A stretch of DNA of 64,000 nucleotides, from the NCBI RefSeq assembly GCF_004010195.1, contig NC_057752.1:6274044-6338043 (forward strand), given 5' to 3'. A program made the position numbers and the translations under genes. Positions 11,910 to 24,382 of the stretch are shown here, one piece after another. The stretch comes from Chiloscyllium plagiosum (Eukaryota). Position 1 is the first letter of the stretch; every line of letters begins with the position of its first letter. The notes under the pieces are model-generated. The model was not told where the DNA came from and ran no database searches. It saw only the letters and a list, made by a program, of their open reading frames with translations.

Positions 11910-13154
11910 AGTCAGCTCTCAGAGTGAACAGAACCTCTCACACTCCGGTTTATGTTTATTTTATTCCTGTGTTATGCGTGTGTGTAAGTACAGGGACTCA
12001 GTAAAAACACCATGTGCAAAATTATTTTATTCAACATTTCCACCACCAGGAAAAACACCCATGAAACCAGTAAACCATGAAACCAAAGCCTGGTAGGGGC
12101 AATGCTTATGTGAAAAACTAAGTGAAGGGGGAAGGATAGAGATTCAAATCAAAATAGAGTTGAAGGGGGAAATAGAGCACTCCACTCCAAGACACTCTTC
12201 TTTATATTTCTTTTTTTAAATCTACCGCTTTTTTCCTTTTTTTTAAATTTTACTCCTCACACTACCACCTAACTGCGGTAGTGCTTATTTTTCCCCAGCA
12301 CCCATGTTGTGTGTGTGCAGGTGTGAGGCACAGTGAGAGACACAAAGTGTAAAAATCTTTATTCACCTCCCACCACCAGGAAGAAAGGAAACACCCGAGT
12401 GGCCAGTGACAAGTAGTGCCGTTCTCATCAAAGGGCAATGCTGCATGATCAAAATAAGTGAAGGGGAAGGCAGGGATTAAATCAAAATAGAGTTGGAGGG
12501 GGAAATAAAGCACTCCATACCCAGACACTCTTTCTTTTCTCTTTTCATTTTTTTTTTGGAGAGTCCTTCAGTCACTGATCCAGCTCCCTCAGAACCAAGT
12601 CTCAGAGTGACAGGATGTCTAACACTTCTGTTCTTTTTTTATTCCTCCCCCTACACTACCACCTGACAGCGGTAGTGCTTATTTTTCTCCAGCACCCATG
12701 TTGTGTGCATGCAGGTGTCGGAAACAGTGAAAAATGACAAGTGTGCAAATCTTTATTTATATTCCACCATCAGGAAGAAAGGAAACACCCAAGTGGCCAG
12801 TGACAAGCCATGCCCTTCTCAAAGGGCAATGCTGCGTGATCAAACAGTGAAGGGGAGGGCAGGGATTAAATCAAAATAGAGTTGGAGGGGGAAATAAAGC
12901 ACTCCACACCCAGACATTCTTGCTTTTTTTATTTTTCACTCCTGTTCTTTTTTTTCTACCCCAGACACTCCTGTTTTTTTATATACCCCACACATTACCG
13001 CTTAAATGCAGTAGTGCTTATTTTTCTCCAGCACCCATGTTATGTGTGTGTGTAGGTGTGAGACACAGTGAAAGAACACTCCCAATCAGGGAACTTATAT
13101 TCTATGATATCCACCTGGTTGACCTCATTACAATCACTACATCCCTCCCCTTCT
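11910..13154 (-). mobile_element. Polypurine tract and disrupted 3' LTR of the Gypsy element
   Basis: PPT AGAAGGGGAGGGA (13154-13142) is immediately followed by TGTAGTGATTG... (LTR start at 13141). LTR-like pieces recur at 13077-13141, about 12557-12630 and about 11910-11950, separated by inserted repeat units. Confidence 0.7.
11950..13076 (-). mobile_element. Four stacked 5'-truncated copies of a poly(A)-tailed retroelement 3' UTR (L1/Tx1-like by inference)
   Basis: Units at about 11950-12190, 12200-12518, 12632-12908 and 12975-13075. The three longer units share ...ccaccaccagg...gggcaatgct...aaatcaaaatagagttg...gcactcca and AATAAA on the minus strand; the fourth is only the tail-proximal ~100 bp. 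All four have an A-rich tail on the minus strand. Confidence 0.65.
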
Positions 13155-16005
13155 GAGTCCTAGGACCTAGGCCGTTTCTTTTTTGTAGCTCCTCCTGGGG
13201 CGTTGTATCACTGGGTCAGATTCCTCTGACTCTGCCTCGGATATGGACAGGGTGTAACACACAGTACATGCCTCTTGTGCCCAGAGCATCTCGGAAGAAA
13301 TTCCTTCTCTTCTTCAGGTGGCAAGGGTGTCGAGGCAGTGACACACACCTTGTCCATCTCAGATTCTGAAGTCTCTTCAATGCTTGACAGAAATGGAGAA
13401 TCCATGGGTTCCAACAGCCTTTCAGGCTGTTCTGAGGAACCAGGCACATTTTGCTCCAGCTGCATTTGCGGGTTTGGAATTTTCATATGGTCCATGTGCT
13501 TGTTCAAGACTGTCGCACCTACCTGAACTTCATAGGCATGGTCAACGTGAGGTCAGATCCAGTGACATCTTACCCATGCAGGGCCATTCCCATGGTTCCG
13601 ATATCAAATTTTGTCCCTTGAAGTAAATGCTCTCTCGGTTAGAGGAGTCTTGTGTCCAGAACTGGCGTTCCTGATAGCATTTCACCCTCTCTACCAGGTC
13701 CAGGAAAATCAGATTTAATCTGGTGCAGAGCCTTCTCCCCATTAGCAACTCTGCCAGTACTATCCCTGTAGTTGCATGAGGGGTGTCCTATAATCAAAAA
13801 GGAACCAGGGCAGTTTGGTATCTGGTGAAGCTGTAGGCTGTTTCTTCACTTTCCTGAAAGCTGTGGCTTGGCAATGCAACCATTTCCAAGGCTGATCTGT
13901 TTTTAGGAGTTGAATCAAAGGTGTCAGAATGGAGGTCAGGTTACCTATGAACTTTCCATAACAATTCAACAGCCCAAGGAAAGGTCTAAGCTCCAGTACA
14001 GACGTGCGAACCGGGACACTTTTGATCACCTTTACTTTATCTTCCGAAGGGTTTGTAAACTCTGTAGCCCAAGTAGGTTACTTAGGGTGGCTGGAACACA
14101 AATCTTCCCCTTCTAAGGTATACACTCCCCTTGGAGAAACATCTAAGACTATGTCCAAGTTCTCTAAGTGCTCCTTGTTGGTTTCCCAGTTGTTAGCATG
14201 CCATCTAGATAATTGGCGATCGGCGGAGGGGCGGGGTGTGGTAGTAGACCTTGTAAAATGTTCTCCATCGTCCACTGAAAAGTGGCACAGACTGTTACTA
14301 CCCCAAATGGCAGTCTTGTATATTGATACAAACCCTGGTGGGAATTAATTGTAGCATACGTCTGGGAATCCTCGTCTAACTGGAATTGCAAGTATGCATG
14401 ACTCATGACCAGCTTCATGAAGGACAGCTCCCTGGCCAACTTGGTGTATAAATCCTCTATATGCAAGGGATTGGGTATTTATCTAGTTGTAAAAAGCGGT
14501 TTACCGTTTGTTTAAAATCCCTACAAAGGTGAACCGACCTGTTGAGCTTCACAATCAGTACGACCAGTGCTGCCCATTCCACTAACTGGACTGGTTTGAT
14601 GATTCCTTCTCTTTCCAGCCTCCTGATTTCTGCCCGTAAAGCAAATGGTACTGCACGGATCTTGCAGAACCATGGAATTACTTCCTGGTCAACATGCCAG
14701 GTGGCCTTGACTCCTTTGATACTCCCTCGACCTTCCTGAAAAATCTCTGGGTATTTAATTAGGATTTCACTTAGGCAACCATTTTCTAATTGAAAAATGT
14801 TGAGTTAATCTAGGTGAATCTTTCTCAACCAATTTCACTCCTTCAAACTTGGGCCTGAGCCTTCTTTTACTACAATCTGTGGTAACTGAACCAGCTGCTT
14901 CTCATAAGAGAATAGAACATGACCGAGGTTCTACCCTTAATCAGTAAAGGTTGCCCGGTGTAGGTTCTCAGTCTAGCTGAGGGCTTGCACCAACTTAATG
15001 ATCGGATCCAGAGCGAATTTTGTTCAAGACTGGTTCTGCAACTACTGAAAGGGCTGCATTGGTATCGACCTCCATTAGAACTGGGTGACTATTTAACCAG
15101 ACATTTATTTTGATTGGTTCTGATTTGGATGTTGCGAAGTAATTTAACTATTTCCAAACCAGATGTAGGTGGACCTTCCAGGGTGTACACTTTCCTGTAT
15201 TCTGGCCCACGAGTTCTCTTACTCAATTCAGGCCTAGTGGGACTCTTTTGCTATCTCGAGTCCACATAATGGCAGCAACTACAATGGTTTATTGGCCTGG
15301 ATCCTGAAGAAAATTTTAACACGTTGGCTGAGGCTTGGCATTGTTTTGGCATTTTGCTGAGGGCTGACCTAGAGTCCCTTTTGTTCAAGATAGGTCCTGA
15401 GAGAGGCTATGCAATTACCTTCACTCCAAATGGTGTTCCCTAAGCTCAGTCAGACTGGCGAGGGTGTCCACTTCCACTGGAATACCCTGCAAATCATATG
15501 CTCCACTTGCCACATTGTCCAATGATAAAGGTTGTTGAATACATGTTTGAAGTGCAGTTGGGCTTCGGCTAGTAGGTGCTTTTGCATGGTTACATCCTTA
15601 ATCCCACAGACCAAATGGTCTCTCAACATCCCATTAAGGGAGTTGTCTTCACCTAGTCAAAAAACCCGATATGGATTCTTCTTGTTCTCAAATTGCTGAG
15701 TAAAACCAATAGCATTTCAGAATTAGAGGCGACTTGGGGTTGTAATATTCCTTAACTAAATCCATCAGCTCTTGAAAGGCTTTAGGATCTGGTGCTTCAG
15801 GGAAAGTTAGGTTCCTAGTAACTGAAAAAGCTGTGGGTCCACAAACTGTCAGGAGAATTACTTGTTGCCCCAATGTCATTTGCTCAGAAAAAGTAACACA
15901 TTCTTTCCATACACTGGGCCCAGTCTTCGATCAAACGCGTCAAGCTTCCCAAATAACAGCATTACGCCATAAATGCTTACTCCAATTCAAAGACGACTAA
16001 CTGGA
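13155..16005 (-). mobile_element. Degenerate Ty3/Gypsy LTR retrotransposon internal region (gag, protease, RT, partial integrase), internally deleted, no 5' LTR seen
   Basis: Minus strand shows: gag start MLLFGKLDAFD near 15962; gag ...PKAFQELMDLVKEYYNPK; protease WLNSHPVLMEVDTNAALSV (about 15045-15100); RT YLQFQLDEDSQTYATINSHQGLYQYTRLPFGV...NYLDGML; LRPFLGLLNCYGKF; then an abrupt jump to integrase-like FLFDYRTP. Many frameshifts and stops. Confidence 0.9.
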
Positions 16006-16354
16006 AAGCTCTGTCAAAGATCCAGCATAGACAAGATGTGCCAAATGCCTTCCTTCTGTGCTGTATCATTCTACGATTATCTTGTTTGAATGGCATATAG
16101 AGCAACAGCATAAAGGAAAGGTCCATGACCCCTCTGTGTTTGACTTCACAAATTCAAAAAAGCATGGTCAAATAATGAGTGCCTGTGTGATGTACAACTG
16201 CAAACTCTGGCCAAATACAACAGTTCCTGGAATTGAGAGGGACTTTGATAGTTGCAAAATGCACTACAGCACCAATGCAAAACCTTTGCATCCACATACC
16301 TCTCCCTATCTCTGTTACCTCCTTGCACGGCAATTCCAGCCTCCTCTGCATCTG

Positions 16355-16803
16355 TGCTCCAGGAAGGATGTTATTAAACTGGAAAAGATTTACAAGGATG
16401 TTCCCGAGACTGGAGGGTTTGATTTATAAGGAGAGGTTAGATAGGCTGGGACCTTTTTACTTGGATGGTAGGAGCTTATCAAGGTTTAAAGAAATCATCA
16501 GGGGCATAGATAAGGTGAATAGCCAAGGTCTTTCCCTCGGGTAGGGGACTCCAAAACTAGAGAGCATCAATTTAAGGTGAGGGGAAAAGAATTAAAAAGG
16601 ACCTGAGGGGCAACTTTTTCACCCTGAGGGTGGTGCATACATGGAATGAGCTTCCAGAGGAAGTGGTAGAGACAGGTGAAATTATAACACTTGGACAGGT
16701 ACAAGGATAGGAAAGTTTTCAAGGGATATGGGCCAATTGCAGGAAATGGAACTAGTTCAGCTGAAGGGTATGTTTGCATGCTGGATGACTCTATGGCTCT
16801 ATG
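16355..16803 (+). mobile_element. CR1 LINE 3' fragment
   Basis: KRFTRMFPRLEGLIYKERLDRLG..., tggaatgagcttccagaggaagtgg, tail atgactctatg. Confidence 0.85.
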
Positions 16804-17300
16804 AAAGAAGATCCCAACCATCATTGTTGCTGCATGGTTTGGTGAGAGTGGGCAGAAAGATAATTACAGAAGAGGTCATAATCCAGAGACATCTGGAGGT
16901 GGGAAAGCAAGAGAGAAAGAGAGATAGCGGGACAGAGACAGATACACACAGCACGTGTATTTATATCGCTTCTTTCAAACTTTCTGGGTGTCTCAGAACA
17001 CTTTAAAGCCAATGATAAAATATTTTGAACTGAAGTCACTGTTGTAATGCATGAGACTAAGTGCTGCAAACAGCAATGAAGTAATAGTTTAGTCAGATTG
17101 ATTGAGGGATAAATATTGGCCAGGACACCAGAGAAAACTGTCCTCCTTCAAAATACTGCCATGGAAGTTTTTATGTTCACCTGAGAAGGCAAACATCTGA
17201 TCTAAAAGATAATGTCTGCCATTCTCCACCCATTCCTTAGAAAACCAGTTTAAACCTTCCACATCGAATAAGAATTCTCCTTCTACTGGACTTTACTTAC

Positions 17301-17415
17301 CACGACATAAGATTCCCTGTGACGTGATTGGTTGCTTGCATACTGCACAGTTCTTTTTCTTCTTAAATACTTTCTCCTTAAAGCTGTGAGTACTTGGAAC
17401 ATCAACCTTACCAGG
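17301..17415 (-). CDS. tns2: Tensin (TNS2-like) internal coding exon, N-terminal half of C1 zinc-finger domain
   Basis: Minus strand reads tctcttttctgtcttgcag|CCTGGT...TGTCGTG|gtaagt, with canonical acceptor and donor; 115 nt, phase 0 to 1. Translates PGKVDVPSTHSFKEKVFKKKKNCAVCKQPITSQGILCR(V), resembling human TNS2 HSFREKVFRKKPPVCAVCKVTIDGTGVSCRV as recalled. The paralog call (TNS2 vs TNS1/TNS3) rests on the HSFKEKVF and CRVCK motifs only. Confidence 0.9.
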
Positions 17416-18879
17416 CTGCAAGACAGAAAAGAGACACGTGTGAGATTCACCTCAGCAACAACCATTACCATCAATGAGCTTTACTGATAGGAGGTTGAAG
17501 GTAAGCGTACAACACTTGTCTAAACAGCATCTCAGAACACAGCTCACTCACTGCTGCTAGAAAATGGGCATGCACCATTCTGAGTTTTAGTTTCATTCTC
17601 ATTTAATTGAAAGCCTACTTGTTTGTTTCAAAATGACATGTTTAAGGAAGCTCTCACCAGAACATCAACACCAAATATTCAAATAATCTGAAGGCAGCAT
17701 TAAAGTACACTGGGTTTCAGGCTTCAATGCTCATGTACAGGATTGGCTCAGTAGCACCACTACTGACCCAGGTTCTGCAGGATATATCTGTCAGACCAGG
17801 CCTGTATCAGGTTCTGAGGAACCAGCACAACCAACCTCTGTGCCACTTTGCTAGATGGAGTGTGAAACATCTGCCCCATCCTAAAATCAGAAGTGCATCC
17901 TGTAATTAATCCACACCCAACTTCACATACCAGCATTCACATGAAAGAATGCTCTGTTAGCCCACACTGCTAGAGGTTTAGAAGAATAAGATGTGATCGC
18001 ATTGAAACGTTCGGGGGATTGACAGGATTGAGGTTGGAAAGTCTGGAAAGTCTAAAACAACAGGGTCACCGTGTTAGAATGAGAGGCCAGCCATTTGGAA
18101 CCGAAAGGGATTTTTTTCACTCAAAGGGCTATAAACCTTTGGGATTCTCTACTCCAGAGGGTAGTGGATGCTCAGTTGTACAGTATATTACTGAGAATAA
18201 TAGATGTTTGGACACAGAGAATTAAGGGATATGAGGACAGCGTGAGAAGGCAGAGTCGAGGTCATTCATGATCTCATTGAATGGCGGAGTAAGCTTGAAG
18301 GCCAAATGGCCTACTCCTGCTGTTCTTTCATCTTTGGCTCATCTTTCATTTTCCCCTTCTCCCTTCTTGTTAACTTGGCAGAGCATGACTTTGAGCTACT
18401 TCTGTGAAAGTGCTGGCAAGTTCGTCATTATTATTGTTTAGAACATCATGTTTTGCAACATAACTGTCTTTTATTTAATGATGATACATTTTTGTCACTT
18501 TTCTTGTAGACACTCCAAGATGAAGCTCAAGCTGAAAGTATGTGGTGATTGTGGTTTCACAGGTTCAAGGCTGAGGCCCAAGAGAACCCAATAAGGGCAG
18601 GGTAACACTGGGATAAACACTGACTTTGTGAGATAGTGGACAACATTTTGCAGCTGTCCTGAGATTACATTTCCATTAACTGCGAGTTTCCCGTGATTCT
18701 CTATAACCAAACAAGAACCAACACAGATTTGAGGTTTTTTCAGGGGGATGGAGGAAGTATTAGTTATATTTATGGATGGCTCTAGATTAGCTATGGAGAC
18801 GTAGCCACAACTTCAATGCATTGAGGCTTCCACAACACTCCAGGTACCAGGCCCATTCCAATATGGCTAATTTTACCCT

Positions 18880-19760
18880 CACAAAGGTCTTCGAGGATCG
18901 GAACTTATTTTGATTGGGCGACTTGAATATAATCGACAGCTGAAACACCAGGATTTGTTTAAACACATTAACGATTCTTGACACTTCTGTCAACGACCAT
19001 CTCACGAGAGCCAAATTCCTCATGTTCGATGTCCGCAAGATGGCGGAGATGTAAAACACATGCAGCCTGTCACACAATTCTGCTCCCTTCCCCCCAAAAC
19101 TGTGTCACAATGTACACTGTCCCCACCGGATCTCCTCAGGGAGGCTCACGCGGGAAATAAAAGGGTGGGAAAATTTCAGACCTATGTGGAAGAAAAGTTA
19201 TCTAGCTGATCGAGACGTGTCCAGGAGCTCACGTCAGGGCCCGAATTCTAACGCGGAAGGCATTTATTTTTCAAGGTCAGACTTATTGAACAAGTTTTTA
19301 AAAGACTCTCTCCTCCTTGCCAAAACAAAAAAAAAATCGGTTTACGACCACAGCGGAGTTGATTACATAGTTAAAAGGGTGTCTCTATGGTGATGGATAC
19401 CCTTCCTTCAGATGTAGGGTGTTCTCTCGGGGACGTGTTTAACTGGACAACACGACAGAGCTGCCGATCTAAAACGAAGCGACTGCTGAGCTGAGTGACA
19501 ATGTTTTGTTTTACCACAGAAAAAGACTTGGCCTTTGGATGACATATTTATCGAAGTTGTCCACTGCCTCTTGCAGTAGTTAAAGTGGATGTTAAAGATC
19601 CCACGGTATTATATTCAAAGGTTGTTATGCGGTGCCTCAGGGAGCATTCTTTTCTCAGCCAACCGTGCCAAAAAAAACGTAGGGATTCAAACAGAAAAAC
19701 AGGTCATTCGGCCCCTCCGGCTCATGTTATTATTTAACCTCCGCTTCATTTTCTTCACGT
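18880..19760. promoter_or_regulatory. CpG-enriched non-repeat region, possible alternative promoter or enhancer
   Basis: More than 30 CpGs counted by eye in about 880 bp of AT-rich sequence with no recognisable repeat; 1.5-2.3 kb upstream of the C1 exon. Confidence 0.35.
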
Positions 19761-20734
19761 TCACCCTCTAATCTTGAATGTTTACAGTATCTGCCTCAGC
19801 TGCTAACCCTGAAAGTGAATCACTCAAGCATCTCTTCTCTCCATGAAGAGATTCCACCCCCCACCCCCCTTTCTATTGTAACTCGGAAAAACATGACGAT
19901 TCTTTCGAAATTCTTTGCAACTAATGATACTCGTGTCATTTTAAAGTCACTTTTGGTATCTCCATTTTAAACCAAATTTTGCAAGGCTGTCCCATGCAGT
20001 TCAACATACTTCCACAGAAAGAAATTGCTGGAAAAACTCAGTAGGTCTGGCAGCACCAGTGCAGAGAAAGCAGAGTTAATGTTTTGGGTCCAGTGACCCT
20101 TCAGAACTGTTCAGAGAGAATTAACTGTTCATTCATCTAATTCCTCTTTATGGGTTCTTGCCTGCAAAATGGGGCCATCTTTGGATGAGACATTAATGCC
20201 CTGTCTGCCCTCTCAGGTGGATATGAAAAGTGCCTTGGTGCTACTTTGAAAAACAGGAGCTATCCTTCTCCTTTGTTTCCAGATTAATATTTATCCCTCA
20301 ATCAATATCATTTCAAAAAACTTATCTGGTTATGATCAGATTGCTTTTGTGGGAACTTGCTGTGTGCAAATTGGCTGCTGCTTTTCCAACATTAGTGCCA
20401 ACTATTCAAAAGAATTTCATAGGATGTACGTAGTTTAGATCCTCTTGAAGTCGCAAAAGAGGTGATAGAAGTGCAAAACATTCTTCTTTTATTTGTTAAT
20501 TGATAGTTGGAGGAGATCTTGTGACATTCCTGCTTCTGAGCCCACAACTCTGGGTTCAAATCCTACTCCAAAACTTGAAAGCCAAAGAAGGTGTGTTCAG
20601 AGTGTGGCCAAACAGTTTGAGTATCAACCTGCAAATCCTTCTAACATGCTAATGGCAAATGGTGAGAGTGGGTGAGATTCCTAGACAACCATGTGATGGA
20701 AAGAATATGGAGCCTTTATCATCACTATCCATAG

Positions 20735-21062
20735 TAGATTAGATTATTAGATTTTAGATTACATTACAGTATGGAAACAGGCCCTTTGGCCCAACAAGTC
20801 CACACTGACCCGCCGAAGCGCAACCCACCCATACCCCTACATTTACCCCTATACCTAACACTGCGGGCAATTTAGCATGGCCAATTCACCTGACCTGCAC
20901 ATCTTTGGACTGTGGGAGGAAACCGGAGCACCCGGAGGAAACCCACGCAGACACGGGGAGAACGTGCAAACTCCACACAGTCAGTTGCCTGAGTCGGGAA
21001 TTGAACCCGGGTCTCTGGCGCTGCGAGGCAGCAGTGCTAACCACTGTGCCACCGTGCCGCCC
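20735..21062 (-). mobile_element. HE1-type V-SINE (tRNA-derived)
   Basis: Head ggcacggtggcacagtggttagcactgctgcc, B-box ggttcaattcc, V-domain ctgtgtggagtttgcac...gggtttcctccggg, (tctaa)n tail. Confidence 0.92.
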
Positions 21063-21211
21063 ACATAGCTTAAGACTACTATTGCCACAGCAACATGGAC
21101 TCCTTCAGAACCCATTAGCTCAATTGGCTGGATTAATGTTGATCAGATTTATGCCAACAGCATGGGATTTGATCGCCATTTCGCTGTATTGGATTCAGAA
21201 CCTACTTCCTT

Positions 21212-21556
21212 AGCATGGTGGCTCAGTGGTTAGCACTGCTGCGTCACAGCGCCAGGGACCTGGGTTCAGTTTCAGCCTCCAGTGACTGTGTGGAGTTGCA
21301 CATTCTCCCCATGTCTATATGAGTTTGCTCTGGTTTCCTCCCATTGTCCAGAGATGTTCAGGTTAGGAGGATTGACTATGCTAAATTGTCCATAAGGTTC
21401 AGGGATGTGTACGTTAGGTGGATTAGTCATGGGAAATGCAGGGTTACAGGAAAAGGACTTGGGGTCGGGGGGGGGGGGGTGTCTAGGTGGAATGCTCTTC
21501 AGAGGGTAGATGGGCTGAATCGCCTGCTTCCACACTGTAGGGATTCTATGATTCTT
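21212..21556 (+). mobile_element. HE1-type V-SINE
   Basis: Same head and V-domain on the plus strand; tail gattctatgattc. Confidence 0.9.
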
Positions 21557-21736
21557 GGTGCAGCAGCACCGTGGGTCAGACCTGCCTTCAGATAGCGATC
21601 TGGAGAAGAATTGGTGAGGATATCTTCTCTTTTACATGAACCAACAGATCTTTCTTAATGAACATTAGGAATTAAACTGATTATATTTTAAATCTTTGAG
21701 CAGAAAATATAGTAAAGGAAGAGTCATCTGGGCCTG

Positions 21737-22026
21737 GATTAGATTAGATTCCCTACAGTGTGGGAACAGGCCCTTCAGCCCAACAATTCCACACCGACCC
21801 TCCAAAGAGTAACCCACCCAGATCCATTTCAATCTGACTAATGCACCTAACACTATGGGCAATTTAGCATGACCAATTTACCTGACCTGCACATCTTTGG
21901 ATTGTGGGAGGAAACCCACGCAGACGCAGGGAGAATGTGCAAACTTCACACAGACAGTCACCCGAGGCTGGAATCGAACCTGGGAACGTGAGGCAGCAGT
22001 GCTAACCACTGAGCCACCGTGCTGCC
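21737..22026 (-). mobile_element. HE1-type V-SINE
   Basis: Same diagnostic motifs. Confidence 0.9.
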
Positions 22027-22944
22027 TAGCAGTACTGAAAGAGTCTCTCTTTTTATTTCTCTCTGAACATTTTAAATGGACATGTTCAAGCACTCAGGAA
22101 GTGCAAAACTGGAGAGAATTTCATAAATGTGTTTATGATAATCTGCAATCTCTATGCTAACCATGTGACTATCCCATTTCCTTTCTGATAAAAAGGCAAG
22201 GATGCAGAACGTGCAATAACACATAGGAAGTAAAGGATAAAGTGGCATACAATATGCAAGCTCTTATTTCCCCCTTTTACGAACCATAAACCTGGAGTTT
22301 TTTTACTGTGCTGAAAGACTGCTATTGTTTCACCATCCTACTGTGTGAACAACCAAGTTTCTCTGTCACTTTCACAGACGTGCAACACTTTGTGTCCTTG
22401 TACCATCCACATTGGACCAGCATTAGATTTAGAAGAACATTCTGAAGCAGGCATGCCTTAATCCTTCCCATACTTCAAGACTAGAACATTAATTTTCTCC
22501 TTATTTTCTAATCAGGAATGTGGATCAAGATCTAAGAATTGAAAAGGACAGCAGCTAACAAGCAGAAATGGAAACTGCACATTCGGATGATACCAAGTGC
22601 ATACAACTCCCACTCATGGCTTCAGACGCTCTTAATGTAATTTATGCCTAGAGCCTGCCAGCAGTCTAACCCTGGATACACTCAAGGCAAACTGCAGAAA
22701 TTCATGATGAGAAACAGGACAGTAAATTATTGATAATGGAACCGAATTAGTCCAATCCATTAATATTGATTTTGGTTCATTAACTTCAAAACCAAAAATT
22801 TACTGCCAAATAATATGATTTTAAAAATTACTGAAGCCACATTTACAGTCTTTTCACCAGTACAGCCAGGCCATATATTCAAAATATTCCATGTATTGAA
22901 TGAAAGGAAGAAACCTTTAATATAACCAGCCAGGCAACAGTAAA

Positions 22945-23390
22945 AAGAGACTTGGATTTTCTACAGCATCTTTCATGACCACAGGATGTTCCAAAGCTCT
23001 CCACAGCCAACAAAAAAACCTCTGGAAAATGCAGTAACTGTTGTAACATAAAAAGTGTGCTTGCCAATTTGCAAGATCCCACAAACATCAAGATGATAAC
23101 GACCAGCAAATTTGCTTTCTCGTGGTGTTTGAGGAATGGATATGGGCTAAGATGCGAGGGAGAATGTCCCTGCTCTTCTTCAAAGCAGTATCAAGGGACT
23201 TTTTTATATCTACCCAAGAGGGCAGGTACCCTGAATTTACAATCATATCTGACACCTCCAACACTACACAACTCCCTCAGTACTACACGGGGAATGTCAG
23301 CCTCAATTGTTGCAGTCAAGTCCTAGAGTGGCATTTGAACCCACAACCTTCTGACTCGGAGGTAAGAGTGCCACTGATTGAATCATACAC
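22945..23390 (-). mobile_element. Deu-domain SINE (SacSINE1-like)
   Basis: Reverse complement of the same consensus, including a tRNA-like head (gaacccacaaccttctgactc). Confidence 0.65.
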
Positions 23391-24382
23391 ATCCAACATT
23401 ATAAAATCAAAGTACTGATTGAGGCTATTTTCACATAAAATGTGCTCAAACTGGCTTTCTACTTTGGGTTAAAGCCTGTTCTCATAAACCTCTCTACTTA
23501 GAAACTTTAACCCTTGATCATTGAATGATTCTTTCAATGCTATTAGATTTTTCTTTTCCCAGAAAGCTTAAAAAAGCAGAAGGATGTTTTTTTTCAATGG
23601 ATCAATGTTACAAACTGTGTAATAGGATGCTGCCTTGTGGGAGTAGGAGTTCACTTGGTTTGTGCAGCACCTCCTGAATCGGAAATGGTTTGCGGGTCAT
23701 GACCAACTGGACACAAAGCAGATGTACAACAGGAAAGGGACTGCGCACAGTCTGTTTGTATAAACACTTGAACATTTTATGAAACTACTTGGAGATCTCC
23801 AAGCTTACATTTAGCAAGTACACACACTGGTGGTGAGAACCTTGCCTGCTGCACTCAGGTTGGAAAATGATGGGCATCTTGCCAGTATGTGCCCCTTACT
23901 TTTATCAATTCCAAAATGAATATTTTTGGATCATAGAGTGAGAGTTTCTTACTGAAATTTGGATGTTGTTTAAAACTCCAGAAGGGGGGGGGGGGTCTAA
24001 AAACTTAGGAGTGTTATGCTGTTGTCACAATGGTTTCTTTGTTAAATGGGCACTGTGCACTATAAACCATGCCTGCTGCCCACTACCGACTAATCACCTT
24101 AAACTTGGCAAATGTGGAGGCTGTTGGTTAGCTCTCGGCATTTGTGTTCACTAAAAGAAAATACAGTGGACCAGGGCTATATCCTACAAGGATGATGGAA
24201 GCAAAAATGATCAATGATTTCAAAATGAAATTGAATGGATCGCTGAATAAAATAAATGTTCAGGCTTCTGGGATAGAGTGGCAAAATGGGACTGAGTGGA
24301 TGGTTCTACGAGAGCTGGCATGGACTTGGGGGTGTGCCGGTAGCCTCCTTCTGTGTCATAATGACTTAATTTAGAACAGTAA

